DNA of 64,000 nucleotides from Vermamoeba vermiformis (lineage: Eukaryota): positions 1-64,000 of the forward strand of contig JBEWZL010000101.1 in NCBI GenBank assembly GCA_045837725.1, in the 5' to 3' direction. Positions 63,601-64,000 of the stretch are shown piece by piece. The position numbers were made by a program, and so were the translations under genes. The number at the start of each line of letters is the position of its first letter. Positions within the stretch are counted from its first letter, which is position 1. Below the pieces are notes generated by a model. The model made no database searches, was not told where the DNA came from, and was given only the letters and a program-made list of their open reading frames with translations.

Positions 63601-64000
63601 CGAAATACGGATCTGAGACAATTCGTTACAAAATTGTGGTGGAGTTCATTACTTACATATTATTAATGAGGTTTTTTTGTGTAGTTATTGCCTTAACAGC
63701 CAGCTGTGGTAGTATTAATTTTTGGTCGATCTGGTACGTTTCAAGTACTCGCCAAAACTAAACGTACTATTAATGGCTAATCATAATAATAATATTATCC
63801 TCAGACATACTGAATCTACATTCGCTTTAAATAGAGCATCTAGTGCACCGGGAGTCCATTCAATAGTTTCGAAAGACATTAGGGTCCAAAACATGAAACG
63901 ATATGCATTTCGTATGGCAAGCTAAGAGAGAGCAATGTCAATAATAGGCGATAATTGGAGCATATTGACTTTCATACCTCTAAAAATGACTCGCCGTTTG
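60694..64000 (-). CDS. Ankyrin-repeat protein, 5' end outside the window
   Basis: Multiple ankyrin motifs: NNEGYNTLHYL, TREGETALLLVC, GANLNARDNRGITPFLAS, DAEGFTPLHYAV, DSFGNTYLHL, QDNNGNTALHIAC, GCDPSIKNKRGETPVD. Confidence 0.85.

Overview
Gene-dense, intron-rich eukaryotic DNA. Most introns are 45-90 nt GT-AG with a CTAAC/CTAAT branch point near the acceptor. The gene content suggests a free-living protist, possibly an amoebozoan (inference only). The first ~8.9 kb is an accessory, repeat-rich zone: small-exon relics, an array of ~200-280 bp units with a palindromic core and (CAT)n linkers, a tRNA 3'-half between two palindromic direct repeats, a perfect 28-bp inverted repeat and a 21-bp minisatellite. 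Part of it (~5.9-8.95 kb) is strongly CpG-depleted, and the depletion runs into the 3' end of an alpha-galactosidase gene. From ~8.4 kb onward there are about 21 spliced genes. Ordinary ones include a GH27 alpha-galactosidase, FIS1, SBP56/methanethiol oxidase, an S10 carboxypeptidase, a PTP/DSP phosphatase, a formin, a C1orf109-like gene, and F-box and ankyrin proteins. Unusual ones are a plexin-like single-pass receptor (about 7 PSI-IPT pairs, TM, unsplit RasGAP), a Cys-less pentameric ligand-gated channel, a secreted and probably GPI-anchored 2/2 globin, a 7TM-DUF4395-like fusion, a PA-domain multi-TM protein, a 7TM resembling plant RGS1 without the RGS domain, a double-UBC E2, a CpG-depleted TPR pseudokinase, and a 617-aa orphan with repeated amphipathic peptides. 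Gene models were spliced by eye and family calls come from recalled motifs, not database searches.
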